Shown in pieces: positions 27,457 through 43,806 of a stretch of 64,000 nucleotides of DNA. Below the pieces are notes generated by a model, which was given only the letters and a program-made list of their open reading frames with translations, ran no database searches and was not told where the DNA came from. Location of the stretch: contig CBDFHE010000016.1 in NCBI GenBank assembly GCA_965247455.1, positions 79,101 through 143,100 of the forward strand, in the 5' to 3' direction. Both the position numbers and the translations under genes were made by a program. The stretch's first letter is position 1, and every line of letters begins with the position of its first letter. The stretch comes from Candidatus Acidiferrales bacterium. GTDB lineage: Bacteria > Acidobacteriota > Terriglobia > Acidiferrales > 2-02-FULL-67-57.

Positions 27457-29034
27457 CTATTCCCACTCGATGGTCCCGGGCGGCTTGGAGCTAATGTCGT
27501 ACACCACCCGGTTCACGCCCGGCACTTCATTGACGATGCGGGCCGAGAGCCGCTCCAGCAGCTCGGTCGGCAGACGGGCCCAGTCGGCGGTCATGCCGTC
27601 TTCCGAGGCCACCGCGCGCAGCGCCACCGCGTAACCGTAGCTGCGCTGGTCGCCCATGACGCCCACCGAGCGCACCGGCAGCAGCACAGCAAACGCTTGC
27701 CACAGTTTCTCGTAGAGCCCCGCTCGGCGGATTTCCTCCTCTACGATGGCGTCCGCCCCCCGCACCATCTCCAGCCGCTCCGGGGTGATCTCGCCCACCA
27801 CTCGCACCGCCAGGCCGGGGCCGGGGAAGGGCTGCCGCAGGAGGATTTCCTCCGGCAGGCCGAGTTCCCGCCCGATCACCCGCACCTCGTCCTTGAACAA
27901 CTCCCGCAGGGGTTCGATCAGTTTGAGTTTCATCTCCGCCGGCAGGCCGCCGACGTTATGGTGGGTCTTGATGGTGGCCGAGGGGCCGCGCACCGAGACC
28001 GATTCAATCACGTCGGGGTAGAGCGTGCCCTGCACCAGGAACTCCACTTGGCCCAGCTTGCGGGCCTCGTCCTCAAAGATACGGATGAAGAGGTTGCCGA
28101 TGCGCCGGCGCTTTTCTTCCGGGTCCTCAATGCCGCGCAACTGTTCCAGGAAGCGGGCGGAGGCATCCACGCCCACGACCGTCAGACGCAGCCGTTTGTG
28201 CATCAGCGCGAGCGTGGTGGAAAACTCATCGCGGCGCAGCAGGCCGTTGTCCACAAAGACGCAGGTCAGGCGTTTCCCCAGCGCGCGGTGGACCAGCGTG
28301 GCCGCCACGGTGGAGTCCACCCCGCCGCTCAGGGCGCAGACGGCGTGGCCTTGCTCGCCTACGCGGGTGCGGATGTCTTCCATCGTGCGCTCGATGAAGG
28401 AGCGCGGGTTCCAGTTGGTTTGTGCCCGGCAGATGCGCAGGACAAAGTTGCGCAGCATATCGGCGCCGTGCTCGGTGTGGCGGACTTCGGGGTGGAACTG
28501 CACTGCGTAGATGTTGCGGCGAGGGTCTTCAGCGGCGGCGATGGCGTTCCGAGTGGTGCCCACGGTGCGGAAACCGGGCGGCAGCTCGACGATGTGGTCG
28601 CCGTGGCTGGCCCAGATTTTCAGGCGCGGCGGCAGCCCGGCGAGCAATTGCGAGCCGTCTTTGACCTCCAGCTCGGCGGGGCCGTACTCGCGGCGCTGGG
28701 CGGGGTCAACTTTGCCTTTCAGTTGGTGGGCGAGCCACTGCATGCCGTAGCAGATGCCGAGGATGGGCTTGCCGAGTTGCAAAACTTGGGGGTCACAGGC
28801 GGGGGCGTCGGGGGCATAGACGGAGGACGGGCCGCCGGAGAGCACCAGGCCGGCGGGCTCCAGGGCTTTGATGTCCGTGAGCGGGGTGGAGCACGGCAGA
28901 ATGGCGGAATAGACGTTCATCTCGCGGACGCGCCGGGCGATCAACTGCGTGTACTGCCCGCCGAAGTCGAGCACTACGATGCCGCCGGCGTGGGCCGGGC
29001 GAGCCGCCGTTTGTGTTTGCCGGGCTGTGCTCAT
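27457..29034 (-). CDS. guaA: GMP synthase (glutamine-hydrolysing)
   Basis: [44 protein letters not shown] and [10 protein letters not shown]. Confidence 0.97.
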   Translation of the reverse strand: MSTARQTQTAARPAHAGGIVVLDFGGQYTQLIARRVREMNVYSAILPCSTPLTDIKALEPAGLVLSGGPSSVYAPDAPACDPQVLQLGKPILGICYGMQWLAHQLKGKVDPAQRREYGPAELEVKDGSQLLAGLPPRLKIWASHGDHIVELPPGFRTVGTTRNAIAAAEDPRRNIYAVQFHPEVRHTEHGADMLRNFVLRICRAQTNWNPRSFIERTMEDIRTRVGEQGHAVCALSGGVDSTVAATLVHRALGKRLTCVFVDNGLLRRDEFSTTLALMHKRLRLTVVGVDASARFLEQLRGIEDPEEKRRRIGNLFIRIFEDEARKLGQVEFLVQGTLYPDVIESVSVRGPSATIKTHHNVGGLPAEMKLKLIEPLRELFKDEVRVIGRELGLPEEILLRQPFPGPGLAVRVVGEITPERLEMVRGADAIVEEEIRRAGLYEKLWQAFAVLLPVRSVGVMGDQRSYGYAVALRAVASEDGMTADWARLPTELLERLSARIVNEVPGVNRVVYDISSKPPGTIEWE

Positions 29035-30029
29035 ACCACTCGATTCAACTCCTCGCCGCGTTGCCAGGCCAGGACATTGGCGACGGTGGTCTCCAGGATG
29101 CGCAACATGGCCTCGCGGCTGTTGAAGGCATTATGGGGAGTGAAGACGACGTTGTCCATCTTGAGCAACTCGCTGCGGCGCACCAGGGCCTGCAAGGCTT
29201 CGGCGGCGCGAGGCGAGTGCAGCAGCTCGTGCTCTTCGCGAATCAACTCTTCGCCTTCCAGCACGTCTAGGCCGGCGCCGCCCAACTGACCCGACTGCAA
29301 GGCTTCCAGTAAGGCGTCGGTATCCACCAAGCCGCCGCGGGCGGTGTTCACCAACAAGGCGCCGCGCTTGGCCAGCCGCAGGCGCTCGCGGTTGAGCAGG
29401 TGATGCGTTTCGGGCAAGTAGGGCGTGTGCAGGGTGATGATGTCGCTCTCGGCCAGCACCTGCTCCAGGGGCGCGTAGGTGAAGTTTAGCAGCTCGGCCA
29501 GGAAGCTATCTTGCCGGACGTCGTAGGCCAGCACCCGCATGCCGAAGCCGCGGGCGATTTTGACCACATGCATCCCGATGCGCCCGACGCCCACCACGCC
29601 CAGGGTTTTGTCCTTGAGGTCGAAGCCGGTCAGGGCCGCCATCTCCATCCGGCCCTCGACCGCGTGGCGGTAAGATTTGTGCACGTTGCGGGAGAGAGAA
29701 AGGATGAGGGCGAAGGTGTGCTCGGCGACTGTGTTTTCGCCGTAGTGGGGGACGTTGGCGACGGCGATGTCGCACTGGCGGCAGGCGGCGGTGTCGAGGT
29801 GGTCGGTGCCGGTGGAGCGGGTGACGATGAGCTTGAGCCGGGGCAGGCGGTCGAGGTCAGCGGCAGTGATGCGTGAGTAGATGAAGACCGAGAGGCACTC
29901 GCAATCGGCGGCCGCTTCTAGGTTGGAGCTGTCCAGGCGTTCGGGGTGAAAAGTGAGCGCGCAGCCGGGGAACTGCGGAGCGAGGAATTCGCGCTCCCAG
30001 TCCTTGACTTCAAAGAAGCCGATCTTCAT
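29031..30029 (-). CDS. D-isomer-specific 2-hydroxyacid dehydrogenase (D-lactate dehydrogenase-like)
   Basis: [29 protein letters not shown] and FTPHNAF. Confidence 0.9.
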   Translation of the reverse strand: MKIGFFEVKDWEREFLAPQFPGCALTFHPERLDSSNLEAAADCECLSVFIYSRITAADLDRLPRLKLIVTRSTGTDHLDTAACRQCDIAVANVPHYGENTVAEHTFALILSLSRNVHKSYRHAVEGRMEMAALTGFDLKDKTLGVVGVGRIGMHVVKIARGFGMRVLAYDVRQDSFLAELLNFTYAPLEQVLAESDIITLHTPYLPETHHLLNRERLRLAKRGALLVNTARGGLVDTDALLEALQSGQLGGAGLDVLEGEELIREEHELLHSPRAAEALQALVRRSELLKMDNVVFTPHNAFNSREAMLRILETTVANVLAWQRGEELNRVV

Positions 30030-30252
30030 GCCGCTACCTGGCTTCTGAAAGCAGTGTCCTTCCCAAGGGAAACGGCATGGTTCATCCCAGTGGCTGGGGC
30101 CACTGGGTTGGACAGCCGTTGAGGGAGCAAAGCTCACTCCACTTTTGGACTTCGGTTGTGACTTTTTCCTCCACGTCCAGCTCGGTGGCCCCCGCCACCG
30201 GGGTCGGTCCTACGTCTTTTTGAGAGGAAATTGGGGTTTTCACACAGCCTCT

Positions 30253-32760
<2,508 letters not shown>

Positions 32761-32780
32761 GGTGCCGAGTTGCTTACCTC

Positions 32781-33671
32781 CTATTTCCGAGCCTGGGCCA
32801 GCCGGCGCACGGTTTGGAGGTTGCGCCGGTCGTCGCCCTTCTTTTCGATCGGTGTTTCCAGGATGAAAGTCTTTCCCGCCAGGGTGGGGTGGTGCAGCAG
32901 GCGGCGGAAGGCCTCGCGGCCGATCTTGCCCCGGCCGATGTGCTGGTGGCGGTCCACCCGCGAGCCGCAGTCCGCCTTGGAGTCGTTGATGTGGATAACC
33001 TTTACGCGCGAGAGCCGGAGGCCGGTGTGGATTTTGGCGAGCGTGTCTTCCAGGCCGTCGCGCTGGCGGATGTCGTAGCCGGCGGCGAAGAGGTGGGCGG
33101 TGTCGATGCACACACCCAGGTTCAGCTCCGGCAGGGCGTGCACCAGCTCGGCCAGCTCGTCCAGGTCGGCGCAGAGGGCGCTTCCCTGCCCGGCGGTGTT
33201 TTCCACCAGTAGTTGCAGGCCGTTGAGGCGCCGGCCGGCAGTTGCCTGGCGCAGGCCATCGGCCACATTGGCGAGGGCTTGGCGGCGGGTCATGCCGGTG
33301 GCGCTGCCGGGATGCAGAACCAGGAAGTCGGCGCCCAGCACCAGCGCTCGCTCGATTTCTCCCCGGAAGGCGTGGATGGAGCGGATACGCAGCAGGCGCT
33401 GGCTGGAAGCCAGGTTGATGAGGTAGTTGTCGTGGACCACCAGCGGGTCGAGCCCCAGGGTGTGGCGGCGCTGGCGGAAGGCCTCCGCGTCAAACGGGTT
33501 CAGGGAGGGGCCGGCCCAGTTGCGGGGGCTGGCGGAAAAAATCTGGAAGGCGTCGCAGCCCAACTGCTTGGCGCGTTCAGCGGCCAGCTCCAGCTTGCCC
33601 GCAATGGACGTATGGATGCCGATGCGGACTGGGGCGCTTCTGCTGGCTGTCTTTTTCTTCTTCCGCTTCAC
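32781..33671 (-). CDS. nfo: Endonuclease IV (AP endonuclease 2)
   Basis: IGIHTS, HDNYLINL, VLHPGS, ENTAG, CIDTAH, HINDSK..GSRVDRH and LETP. Confidence 0.93.
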   Translation of the reverse strand: MKRKKKKTASRSAPVRIGIHTSIAGKLELAAERAKQLGCDAFQIFSASPRNWAGPSLNPFDAEAFRQRRHTLGLDPLVVHDNYLINLASSQRLLRIRSIHAFRGEIERALVLGADFLVLHPGSATGMTRRQALANVADGLRQATAGRRLNGLQLLVENTAGQGSALCADLDELAELVHALPELNLGVCIDTAHLFAAGYDIRQRDGLEDTLAKIHTGLRLSRVKVIHINDSKADCGSRVDRHQHIGRGKIGREAFRRLLHHPTLAGKTFILETPIEKKGDDRRNLQTVRRLAQARK

Positions 33672-33806
33672 AGAGCCTTTCGACACGAGCAAGTAAATAT
33701 GTGATGTTAACAAAGGCTCTGCCGAAGAGCAAGCAATGCTTGCGCGTACACGCGATAGGTCGGACCGTGTCACCGCCGTGGCGCATGGCGTCTCGGCGCT
33801 AAACAA

Positions 33807-33869
33807 CCGATGTTCAGCCCACGGGCTTCCGCCCGTGGGACCCAGCGGCGGAAGCCGCTGGGCTGAACC
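33807..33869. repeat. 63-bp double-hairpin repeat (family R4), empty copy
   Basis: Reverse-complement match to 20802-20883. Confidence 0.9.
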
Positions 33870-33988
33870 TGAGTTGTTAGAAGGATGCGGCTTGGCTTTG
33901 CTCCTGGCCTCTGCTCTTTTCGGTCATGCTTAGGGCAGGCGGGATAAGCAGGCTTCTTCGCCGCTGCTGAAGGCGTTCAAGAATTACA

Positions 33989-34077
33989 GTGGCGCAGACA
34001 TTCTTGTCTGCGCGGGGTTGGCGAGGCGGACCCGCCCGTGCCCTGCGGGCTACGGCAGGCAGGAATGCCTGCCCCAC
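33989..34077. repeat. REP-like doublet (family R1)
   Basis: GTGGCGCAGACATTCTTGTCTGCGC and GCAGGCAGGAATGCCTGCCCCAC. Confidence 0.85.
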
Positions 34078-34104
34078 CCAATTCTTGAGAGAACCTCCCC
34101 TGGC

Positions 34105-34183
34105 GTAGTGTCCTAATTTCGCGTCGAGCCCCCAGGCCCCTGCCTGGGGGGATAGTGTCTGCGCAGCTGAATTAGGACACTAC
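34105..34183. mobile_element. Candidate MITE, about 75-79 bp
   Basis: Perfect 14-bp inverted ends GTAGTGTCCTAATT / AATTAGGACACTAC and an internal perfect 9-bp hairpin at 34129-34150; non-coding. Confidence 0.65.
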
Positions 34184-34284
34184 CTCCACTGGCGGGGGGT
34201 GGAGGTTGATTCTGTGCGGGGGTTCCACTAGACTGCTGAGTTGGCGCTTTTTGTGGGCTGTTTTCGGGTTCGGGAGAAAGTTTG

Positions 34285-35340
34285 ATGCTGGTTATCATGC
34301 AGGCGCGCGCGACCCAGGAGCAAGTCGGCGCCGTCTGCCGCAAGATTGAAGAGCTGGGCTTCCGCGCCCATCCCATGCTCGGCCCCACCCGCACCGCTAT
34401 CGGCATCACCGGCAACACCGTGCCGGTTGACCCGGCGGCGCTGGAAGGCATGGCGGGCGTGGCCGAGTGCATCGCTGTCTCCAAGCCCTACAAATTGGTT
34501 GCGCGCGAACTCAAAGAGGACAACACCGTGGTTGACTTGGGCGAGGGTGTGCGCGTGGGCGGTGCGGAGCTGGCCATCATCGCCGGGCCCTGCGCGGTGG
34601 AGAGCCGCGAGCAGGCCTTCGCCATCGCCGCCAAGGTGAAAGCGGCGGGCGCGGCCCTGTTCCGCGGCGGCGCCTACAAGCCGCGCAGTTCGCCCTACAG
34701 CTTCCAGGGGCTGGGCGAGGAAGGCCTGAAAATCCTGGCCGAGGTGCGGGCCGAATTCGGGTTGAAGATTGTAACTGAGGCGGTGGATACCGAGAGTCTA
34801 GAACTGGTTGAGCACTACGCCGACGTGATCCAAATCGGCGCGCGCAACATGCAGAACTTCTCGCTGCTCAAGCGGGCGGGGCGCGCCGCCAAGCCCGTGT
34901 TGCTGAAGCGGGGTCTTTCGGCCACGTTGGACGAGTTCCTGATGGCAGCTGAATACATCCTGGCGGAGGGCAACTACAACGTCATCCTGTGCGAGCGCGG
35001 GGTGCGCACCTTTGCCGACCACACCCGCAACACGCTCGACCTGAGCGTTATCCCGGCGGTCAAACGCCTGAGCCATCTCCCCATCATCGTTGACCCCAGC
35101 CACGGCACCGGGCGGCGGGAGAAAGTGATCCCGCTTTCGCGGGCGGCGGTGGCGGTGGGCGCCGACGGCTTGTTGGTGGAGGTGCACCACCAGCCCGAGC
35201 AGGCGCTCTCCGACGGCTACCAGTCCCTCCTCCCCGACCAGTTCCAGCAACTGATGGAGGAGATCAGCCAGATCGGTTCCGTGCTGCGCCGGAGCGTGGC
35301 GCGCGCTGCCGGCACGTCGCAGTCCCTCCGCGCCGTCTAG
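34285..35340 (+). CDS. aroF: DAHP synthase, class I-beta with N-terminal regulatory domain
   Basis: [41 protein letters not shown] and DPSHGTG. Confidence 0.93.
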   Translation: MLVIMQARATQEQVGAVCRKIEELGFRAHPMLGPTRTAIGITGNTVPVDPAALEGMAGVAECIAVSKPYKLVARELKEDNTVVDLGEGVRVGGAELAIIAGPCAVESREQAFAIAAKVKAAGAALFRGGAYKPRSSPYSFQGLGEEGLKILAEVRAEFGLKIVTEAVDTESLELVEHYADVIQIGARNMQNFSLLKRAGRAAKPVLLKRGLSATLDEFLMAAEYILAEGNYNVILCERGVRTFADHTRNTLDLSVIPAVKRLSHLPIIVDPSHGTGRREKVIPLSRAAVAVGADGLLVEVHHQPEQALSDGYQSLLPDQFQQLMEEISQIGSVLRRSVARAAGTSQSLRAV

Positions 35341-35341
35341 C

Positions 35342-36544
35342 GTGCACGTCTTAGCTCGTCCCAATTCGTTTCGCTTCCCCACCCTGGCTCTGGTTGTGGT
35401 TCTGCTTGCGACCGGATTGCTGGCCGGCTGTGGAGCGGACGCCCCCCGCCGCCTCGCTCCGCAGGTCTATGCCTTCGTAAGCAATGGCGGCAGCCACACG
35501 GTTACGGTGGTGGACCTGGCCACACTGGAGACGGTGGCGACCGTGCCGGTGGATTACGGTCCCAGCCGAATTCGCGCCCACCCGACGCGCCCGGAAATCT
35601 ACGTGGTGGCCGCCGAGGCGGATCGCGTGGACGTGCTCGACGCCCGCACGCATCAAGTGGCGACCCGCATCGAGGTGGGTGAGCGGCCCTACAGTCTCGA
35701 TTTCTCGCCCGACGGGCGGCGGGCCTACGTGGCCAATTGGGACTCGAACACGGTGAGCGCAATCGACTGCGCGCGCCGGCAAGTGGTCGGCACCGTGCGC
35801 GTGGGCCGCCGGCCGGCGATGGCGCGGGTGACGCCCGACGGAGCCCTACTGGTGGTGTCCAACCGCGCCGACTCCACGGTTTCCCTGGTGGCTACCGAAA
35901 CCCTGGAGGTGGTGGCAACCCTTGCGGTGGCGCGCCATCCCGAGGCTCTCACCATCCTGCCCGACGGCTCCAAAGTCTTCGTCGCCGCCACCGGCAGCGC
36001 GCAGGTGTCGGTGGTGGACTTGCAGCGCCGGGTTCTGCTGACCAATCTCGCGGTGGGAGAAGCTCCCATTGACCTGGTGCTGAAACGCGACGGCGGCGAG
36101 CTGTTCGTGGCCAACTTCGACTCCCACACCATCACCGTCATCAATACCTGGAGAAACGAAGTCACGGAAACCTTGCCCGCCGGGCGCAACCCGGTGCGCT
36201 TGCTGGTGAGCGCCGACGGCGAGCAGCTCTACGGCATCCACTACGGCTCCGGCGCCGTGTTCGTGGTGGAGGTTGCAACCCGGGAGGTGGTGGCCAACAT
36301 TCGCGTCGGCTTGCAACCCGGTGCCGGCGCGATGACCCCGGATGAGTCGCTGCTGCTGGTGGTCCATGCGGGCTCCAACGATATGGCTGTCATACGCCCG
36401 GCGGCACGGGCGCTTTCCACTTTGCTCCCGGTGGGTCTCCGGCCGCAGGGAGTGGCCGTCAAGGTTCTGCCCCCGGATTCAGCTGCCGGCTCAGGCGGGA
36501 CATCTGCTGGGGGCGTGCTAGAATCCCACTCAGACGCCAAATAG
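35342..36544 (+). CDS. YVTN/YncE-type beta-propeller lipoprotein
   Basis: Lipobox LLAGC and repeated (S/T)PDG..YV.N..S.TVS.ID units. Confidence 0.8.
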   Translation: MHVLARPNSFRFPTLALVVVLLATGLLAGCGADAPRRLAPQVYAFVSNGGSHTVTVVDLATLETVATVPVDYGPSRIRAHPTRPEIYVVAAEADRVDVLDARTHQVATRIEVGERPYSLDFSPDGRRAYVANWDSNTVSAIDCARRQVVGTVRVGRRPAMARVTPDGALLVVSNRADSTVSLVATETLEVVATLAVARHPEALTILPDGSKVFVAATGSAQVSVVDLQRRVLLTNLAVGEAPIDLVLKRDGGELFVANFDSHTITVINTWRNEVTETLPAGRNPVRLLVSADGEQLYGIHYGSGAVFVVEVATREVVANIRVGLQPGAGAMTPDESLLLVVHAGSNDMAVIRPAARALSTLLPVGLRPQGVAVKVLPPDSAAGSGGTSAGGVLESHSDAK

Positions 36545-36566
36545 GAGCGAGCCGGAGCCACCCTAC

Positions 36567-38876
36567 ATGAAGCTCCTCGACCGATACATCTTCCGTGAAA
36601 TTCTGGGCTATACCCTGGTAGGGGTTGGGGTGTTTGGGTTTGTGCTGATGACCCCGGAGCTGCTTCGTTTGAGCGAGTTGCTGGCGCGCGAGAGTATGGG
36701 GCCGGTTCAGACGGCCAAGCTCTTCCTGAGCGTGCTCCCACCGAAGCTGGTGTGGGCGCTTCCGCTGGGCGTTCTGGTGGGTTTGCTTATGGGTGTCAGC
36801 CGACTGGCGGCCGACCGCGAGCTGATGGCTTTGCAGGTGTCCGGAGTGGGGTTGGTGCGACTGCTCCGGCCTGCGCTCGTTTTTGCCTTGCTGGGTACAC
36901 TTGCGACCTTGGCGATCACGGTTGGATGGGGGCCGGCTGCTGCCCGCATCCTGCGGCAATTGCAGGCGGAATTGGGCGCCCGCCAACTGTTTTTCGAGGT
37001 TCGCCCCCGAGTTTTTGAAGAGCGCCTTCCCGACCGCATCCTCTATGTGCAGGAGACCGAAAGTGGCGGAACCGAATGGAAAGGGGTCTTCCTGGCAGAC
37101 CTGAGCGATCCGGAGATATCCAAGCTGACGCTGGCGCAAACCGGCTTGGCGATTCCCGGTTCCGAAAAACAAAACATGCGGCTGCATTTGAGCAAGGGTG
37201 CTACGCATGAATACATCTTGGGCGAACCCGACCGCTATTCGCTATCCACCTTCGAAGAGAGTTCGTTGGCTATGGCGGTGCCTACGCGCGGGGTCAAGTT
37301 GGAGGTTCGCCGCAATGCTGAAATGAGTGTGGGGGGACTCTGGGCTGCCAGCCAGCAAGGCCCGCGCTGGCGCAGCGCGCGCGCCGATCTTTACCGGCGC
37401 TTCGTTCTGCCGACTTCCTGCTTGGTGTTTGGTCTGTTGGCGTTTCCGTTGGGACTGCTTGCTCAAACGTCGGGACGCGCGGTGGGGTTCGTGTTGGCGG
37501 TAGGGTTTGCCATCGGCTACTACTTTCTGTTCCTCATCGGCGACCGCTTAGCCCGCGAGGGAGCCATTGCGCCGGCGGTGGGAGTTTGGATGCCCAACCT
37601 GGTCTTCTTGCTGCTTGCGATTGTCCTCTTGCGTTGGCTTGGGCGTCCCCGCGGAGGTGGGTCCCTCGCCGTCATTGTCCGCGACTGGCTGGGGCGAGTG
37701 GGCGAGAAGAAAAGGAAATCGCTTGCCATTCAGCTTGACGGTGCTTCGCCCGCGCGGAGAGGGGGGGCGATAAGATCCCGCTTGCCCCGTACCCTTGATC
37801 TCTACGTCGTGCGCGGGGTCCTCTTCCATTTTCTGTTGGCTGGAACTTCCCTGCTCATCTTATTTAACCTGTTTAGTATCTTAGAGATAGTGGACGACAT
37901 CGCCGCGCGCCAAATTCCCTGGTCGGTCGTGGGTCGGTTGATTTGGTATCAAGCGCCGCAGGTAGTCTACTGGATGACGCCGCTGGCGCTGCTGCTGGCC
38001 GTGCTGGTGGAGTTGGCTCTGTTGAGCAAGCGCAATGAAGTGGTGGCGATCAAGGGCGCAGGCATCAGCCTCTACCGCATTGCCGTGCCAGTGCTGGTGC
38101 TGGCGTTGGCGCTGGGCGGCTTGCTGTTCTGGCTGGACTCGACCTATCTTCCCACCGCCAACCAACAGCGGGAGGCGCTGCGCAACTACATCAAAGGGCG
38201 GCCGCCCCAAACCTTCTTCCAAGCTGAGCGCCGGTGGATCTTTGGCGAAGCGCCGCGCATCTACCACTATTCCTTTTTCGATCCCGGTCGCAACTTGCTG
38301 GCTCGCCTGCATGTATTCGAGTTGGACCCGGTAGATTTCTCTTTGCGCCGGCGCCTGTTCGCCGAGCGCGCCCATTGGGCGCCGCATCTACGATGCTGGG
38401 TGTTGGAGCGTGGTTGGGAGCGCGTCTTTGACGGGAACCAGACGGTTTCCTATGTCCCCTTCGAGGTAGCCGGTTTCCCGGAACTCGCAGAGCCCCCAGA
38501 CTATTTTAAGAAGGAAGTGCGGGAATCGGATCAGATGAACTGGGCTGAGTTGGGGGACTACATCACGGAGCTGCAGCAGAGCGGGCTGGATGCAACCCGC
38601 CTGGTTGTGCAGTGGCACAAGAAATTTGCTTTTCCCTCGATTGCGTTGGTGATGGTGCTTTTGGCTTTTCCCTTCGGTCTCGCAGCCGGCCAACGCGGCG
38701 GGGCGGTGGGCGGGATTGCCCTGGGCATTGGGTTGGGTCTTCTTTACTGGGTCTTGACCGGTTTTTTTGAGGCCCTGGGAAACTTTGAGTTGTTACCGCC
38801 GCTCCTGGCCGGCTGGGGCCCCAACATGCTGTTCGCGGCCGCCGGGGTTTATTTGATTCTCCAGGTCGAAACCTAG
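36567..38876 (+). CDS. lptF: Fused LptF-LptG LPS export permease
   Basis: Two tandem YjgP/YjgQ modules: MKLLDRYIFREI...DRELMALQVSG, and RTLDLYVVR...RNEVVAIKGAGISLYR...WHKKFAFP. Confidence 0.85.
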   Translation: MKLLDRYIFREILGYTLVGVGVFGFVLMTPELLRLSELLARESMGPVQTAKLFLSVLPPKLVWALPLGVLVGLLMGVSRLAADRELMALQVSGVGLVRLLRPALVFALLGTLATLAITVGWGPAAARILRQLQAELGARQLFFEVRPRVFEERLPDRILYVQETESGGTEWKGVFLADLSDPEISKLTLAQTGLAIPGSEKQNMRLHLSKGATHEYILGEPDRYSLSTFEESSLAMAVPTRGVKLEVRRNAEMSVGGLWAASQQGPRWRSARADLYRRFVLPTSCLVFGLLAFPLGLLAQTSGRAVGFVLAVGFAIGYYFLFLIGDRLAREGAIAPAVGVWMPNLVFLLLAIVLLRWLGRPRGGGSLAVIVRDWLGRVGEKKRKSLAIQLDGASPARRGGAIRSRLPRTLDLYVVRGVLFHFLLAGTSLLILFNLFSILEIVDDIAARQIPWSVVGRLIWYQAPQVVYWMTPLALLLAVLVELALLSKRNEVVAIKGAGISLYRIAVPVLVLALALGGLLFWLDSTYLPTANQQREALRNYIKGRPPQTFFQAERRWIFGEAPRIYHYSFFDPGRNLLARLHVFELDPVDFSLRRRLFAERAHWAPHLRCWVLERGWERVFDGNQTVSYVPFEVAGFPELAEPPDYFKKEVRESDQMNWAELGDYITELQQSGLDATRLVVQWHKKFAFPSIALVMVLLAFPFGLAAGQRGGAVGGIALGIGLGLLYWVLTGFFEALGNFELLPPLLAGWGPNMLFAAAGVYLILQVET

Positions 38877-38907
38877 GAAAGCAATTCTTAAAGTATCACT
38901 TTATACC

Positions 38908-41655
<2,748 letters not shown>

Positions 41656-43806
41656 TTGTACGTCTCCTTGTTCTTGGTACAGCAACAATCTCGGAAAAGT
41701 CCGCAATGGTAGAAAACTCTTGCAGGAGTTGTGCCAGAAGAGTGAGGCGGTTCTGGCGCACGGCAAGGTCGGGAGCGTTGACAAGCACGATATCGAAGTA
41801 GTGGTCCACCACCGGACGCAGCGAGGCGATGCGCCGCAGGGCTTCTGCGTAGTTGTGGGCTTGGCGAAGGGCGGCTACTTGGGAGCGGAGCGTGCGGAAG
41901 GCGTCATAGAGGCTGCGCTCGGCGCCGGCTTCCAGCAAGCTTTCTCGGCTCTGCCCGCGGGAAAACTGGACGGGCCCGCCGGCCTTCTCCAAAATGTTCC
42001 GGATGCGCTTGAAGGAAGATGCCAGGGGCTCGAAGTCGGGCGTAGGGCGAATCCGGTGCAGCGCTTCCAGGCGCTGCTTCAGTTGGGTGAGGTCGTTCCA
42101 GCCGGCCGCAAAGACGGCGTTGACTTCGTCGTAGGGATAGCCGGCGACTTCGCGGAAGAAGTACCGGGCGCGCTCTTCGATGAAGCTCGCGATGGTAGGG
42201 GAAGGGTCGTTGCTGCCGGCGTCCGGGAATTTCTCCTGGACGGTGGTGGTCGCTTGGCGGACAGCCTCTGCGATGTCCAACCGAAGCTCTTGTTCGACGA
42301 TGATTCGAACCACCCCGGCAGCGGCCCGGCGAAGCGCGAAGGGGTCCTTCGACCCGGTCGGGATGGCGCCGGCGCTGAAGCAGGCGGCGAGGCTGTCGAT
42401 TTTGTCGGCGAGTGCTAGAAGGGCGCCCTCGAGAGTTTGTGGAATTTTGTCGTCCGGCCCGAGCGGTCGGTAGTGCTCGGCGATGGCGGTGGCGATTGTT
42501 TGCGGCTCGCCCTGTGCGCGTGCGTAGAGTCCGCCGACGATTCCCTGCAACTCAGGAAACTCACTTACCAGTAGTGTAGTCAGGTCGGCTTTGCACAGCG
42601 AAGCGGCGCGTTCGACAGTTTGAATGTCGGCGCGCCGACCGGAAATGTCGGCATGCCGACCGTCAGTCTGCTTCGCTTGTTCCGCCAGCCAGCGCACGAG
42701 CCGAACGATTCTTTCCACTTTGTGGGCGTAGCTGCCCAGGCGAATCTGGAACACTATGTCCTTTAAGAGATCGGCTCTCTTCGCCAGGGGCCGGCGTTGG
42801 TCGGTTTCCCAAAAGAAGCGAGCGTCGCGGAAGCGCGCTTCGAGCACCGATTCGTGTCCGCGGCGAATCTCGCCGCCCCGATCGCGATCGAGGTCGATGA
42901 CGGTTAGGAAGTGCGGCGCCATCTCCTCCTTCTCTGTCTTCACCGAGAAATACTTCTGATGGTGGCGCATGACGGTAACCAGCACTTCGCTCGGGAGGGA
43001 GAGGAATTCCTCCCGAAACTCGCCCCGCAACACGGTTGGGCATTCGATTTGGTTGACAACCAGGTCGAGCAGTTCCTTGTCCTCTCGAACTTGGAGGGGC
43101 GAGCGCCTGAGCCCACGGGAGATTTTTTGCACGATCTTTTTGCGTCGCTCCTCCGGGTCCACCAGCACGAACGCGCGGCGCAACTGCGCCTGATAGTCAG
43201 CGGCGCGCCGGACGGCGATGCGCCGGTTTGCCAGTAGCCTGTGTCCCCGGCTGAAACGCCCGCTCTTTATTCCGCCCAGCTTAAAGTTGATCACCTGACC
43301 CGCGTAGAGAGTCAGCAGCCAGCGGATGGGGCGAATGAATCGTAGCTCCTGCGGAGAAGTCCAATACATTGAGCGTGGGAAGGAAATGCGCCCGATTACA
43401 GACGGAAGCACCTCGGCCAGCACCTTGGGCGTGGAGCGGCCGCGATAGTGCCGAACCACAGCCACATAGCGGCCCTTAGCGGTTTCCACCGTCGTCAGCT
43501 TGGAAAGCGGCACATTGTGCTTTCGGGCAAAGCTCTGGGCTGCCCGGGTGGGATTTCCGCCGCTGTCGTACGCCACCGAACACGGTGGGCCGATTTCCTG
43601 TTCGGTTCGGTCGGCCTCAGCCGGCAATACTTCCTTGCAGTAAGCTACCAGCCGGCGCGGCGTGGCCCAGGTCTGTACCCCTGCCCCGCTGAGCAAACCT
43701 CTGGTATGGAGTTCCCCCTGAAGCAACTCTTTAAGGCTGGATTGCGCGCCCGGCAACATCCGGGCGGGAATGTCCTCGCACCCGATTTCCAGTAGAAAGT
43801 CGCGGC

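Noticed and set aside
32761-33111. 117-aa N-terminal extension of LeuS in the ORF track
   Set aside because: Alternate frame of nfo; LeuS homology begins at YDHKTIEPKW.
34039-34060. Possible sixth micro-element copy (GC-CCTGCGGGCTACGGCAG-GC)
   Set aside because: Correct spacing but a divergent core, overlapping a REP copy, with no clear empty-site host.
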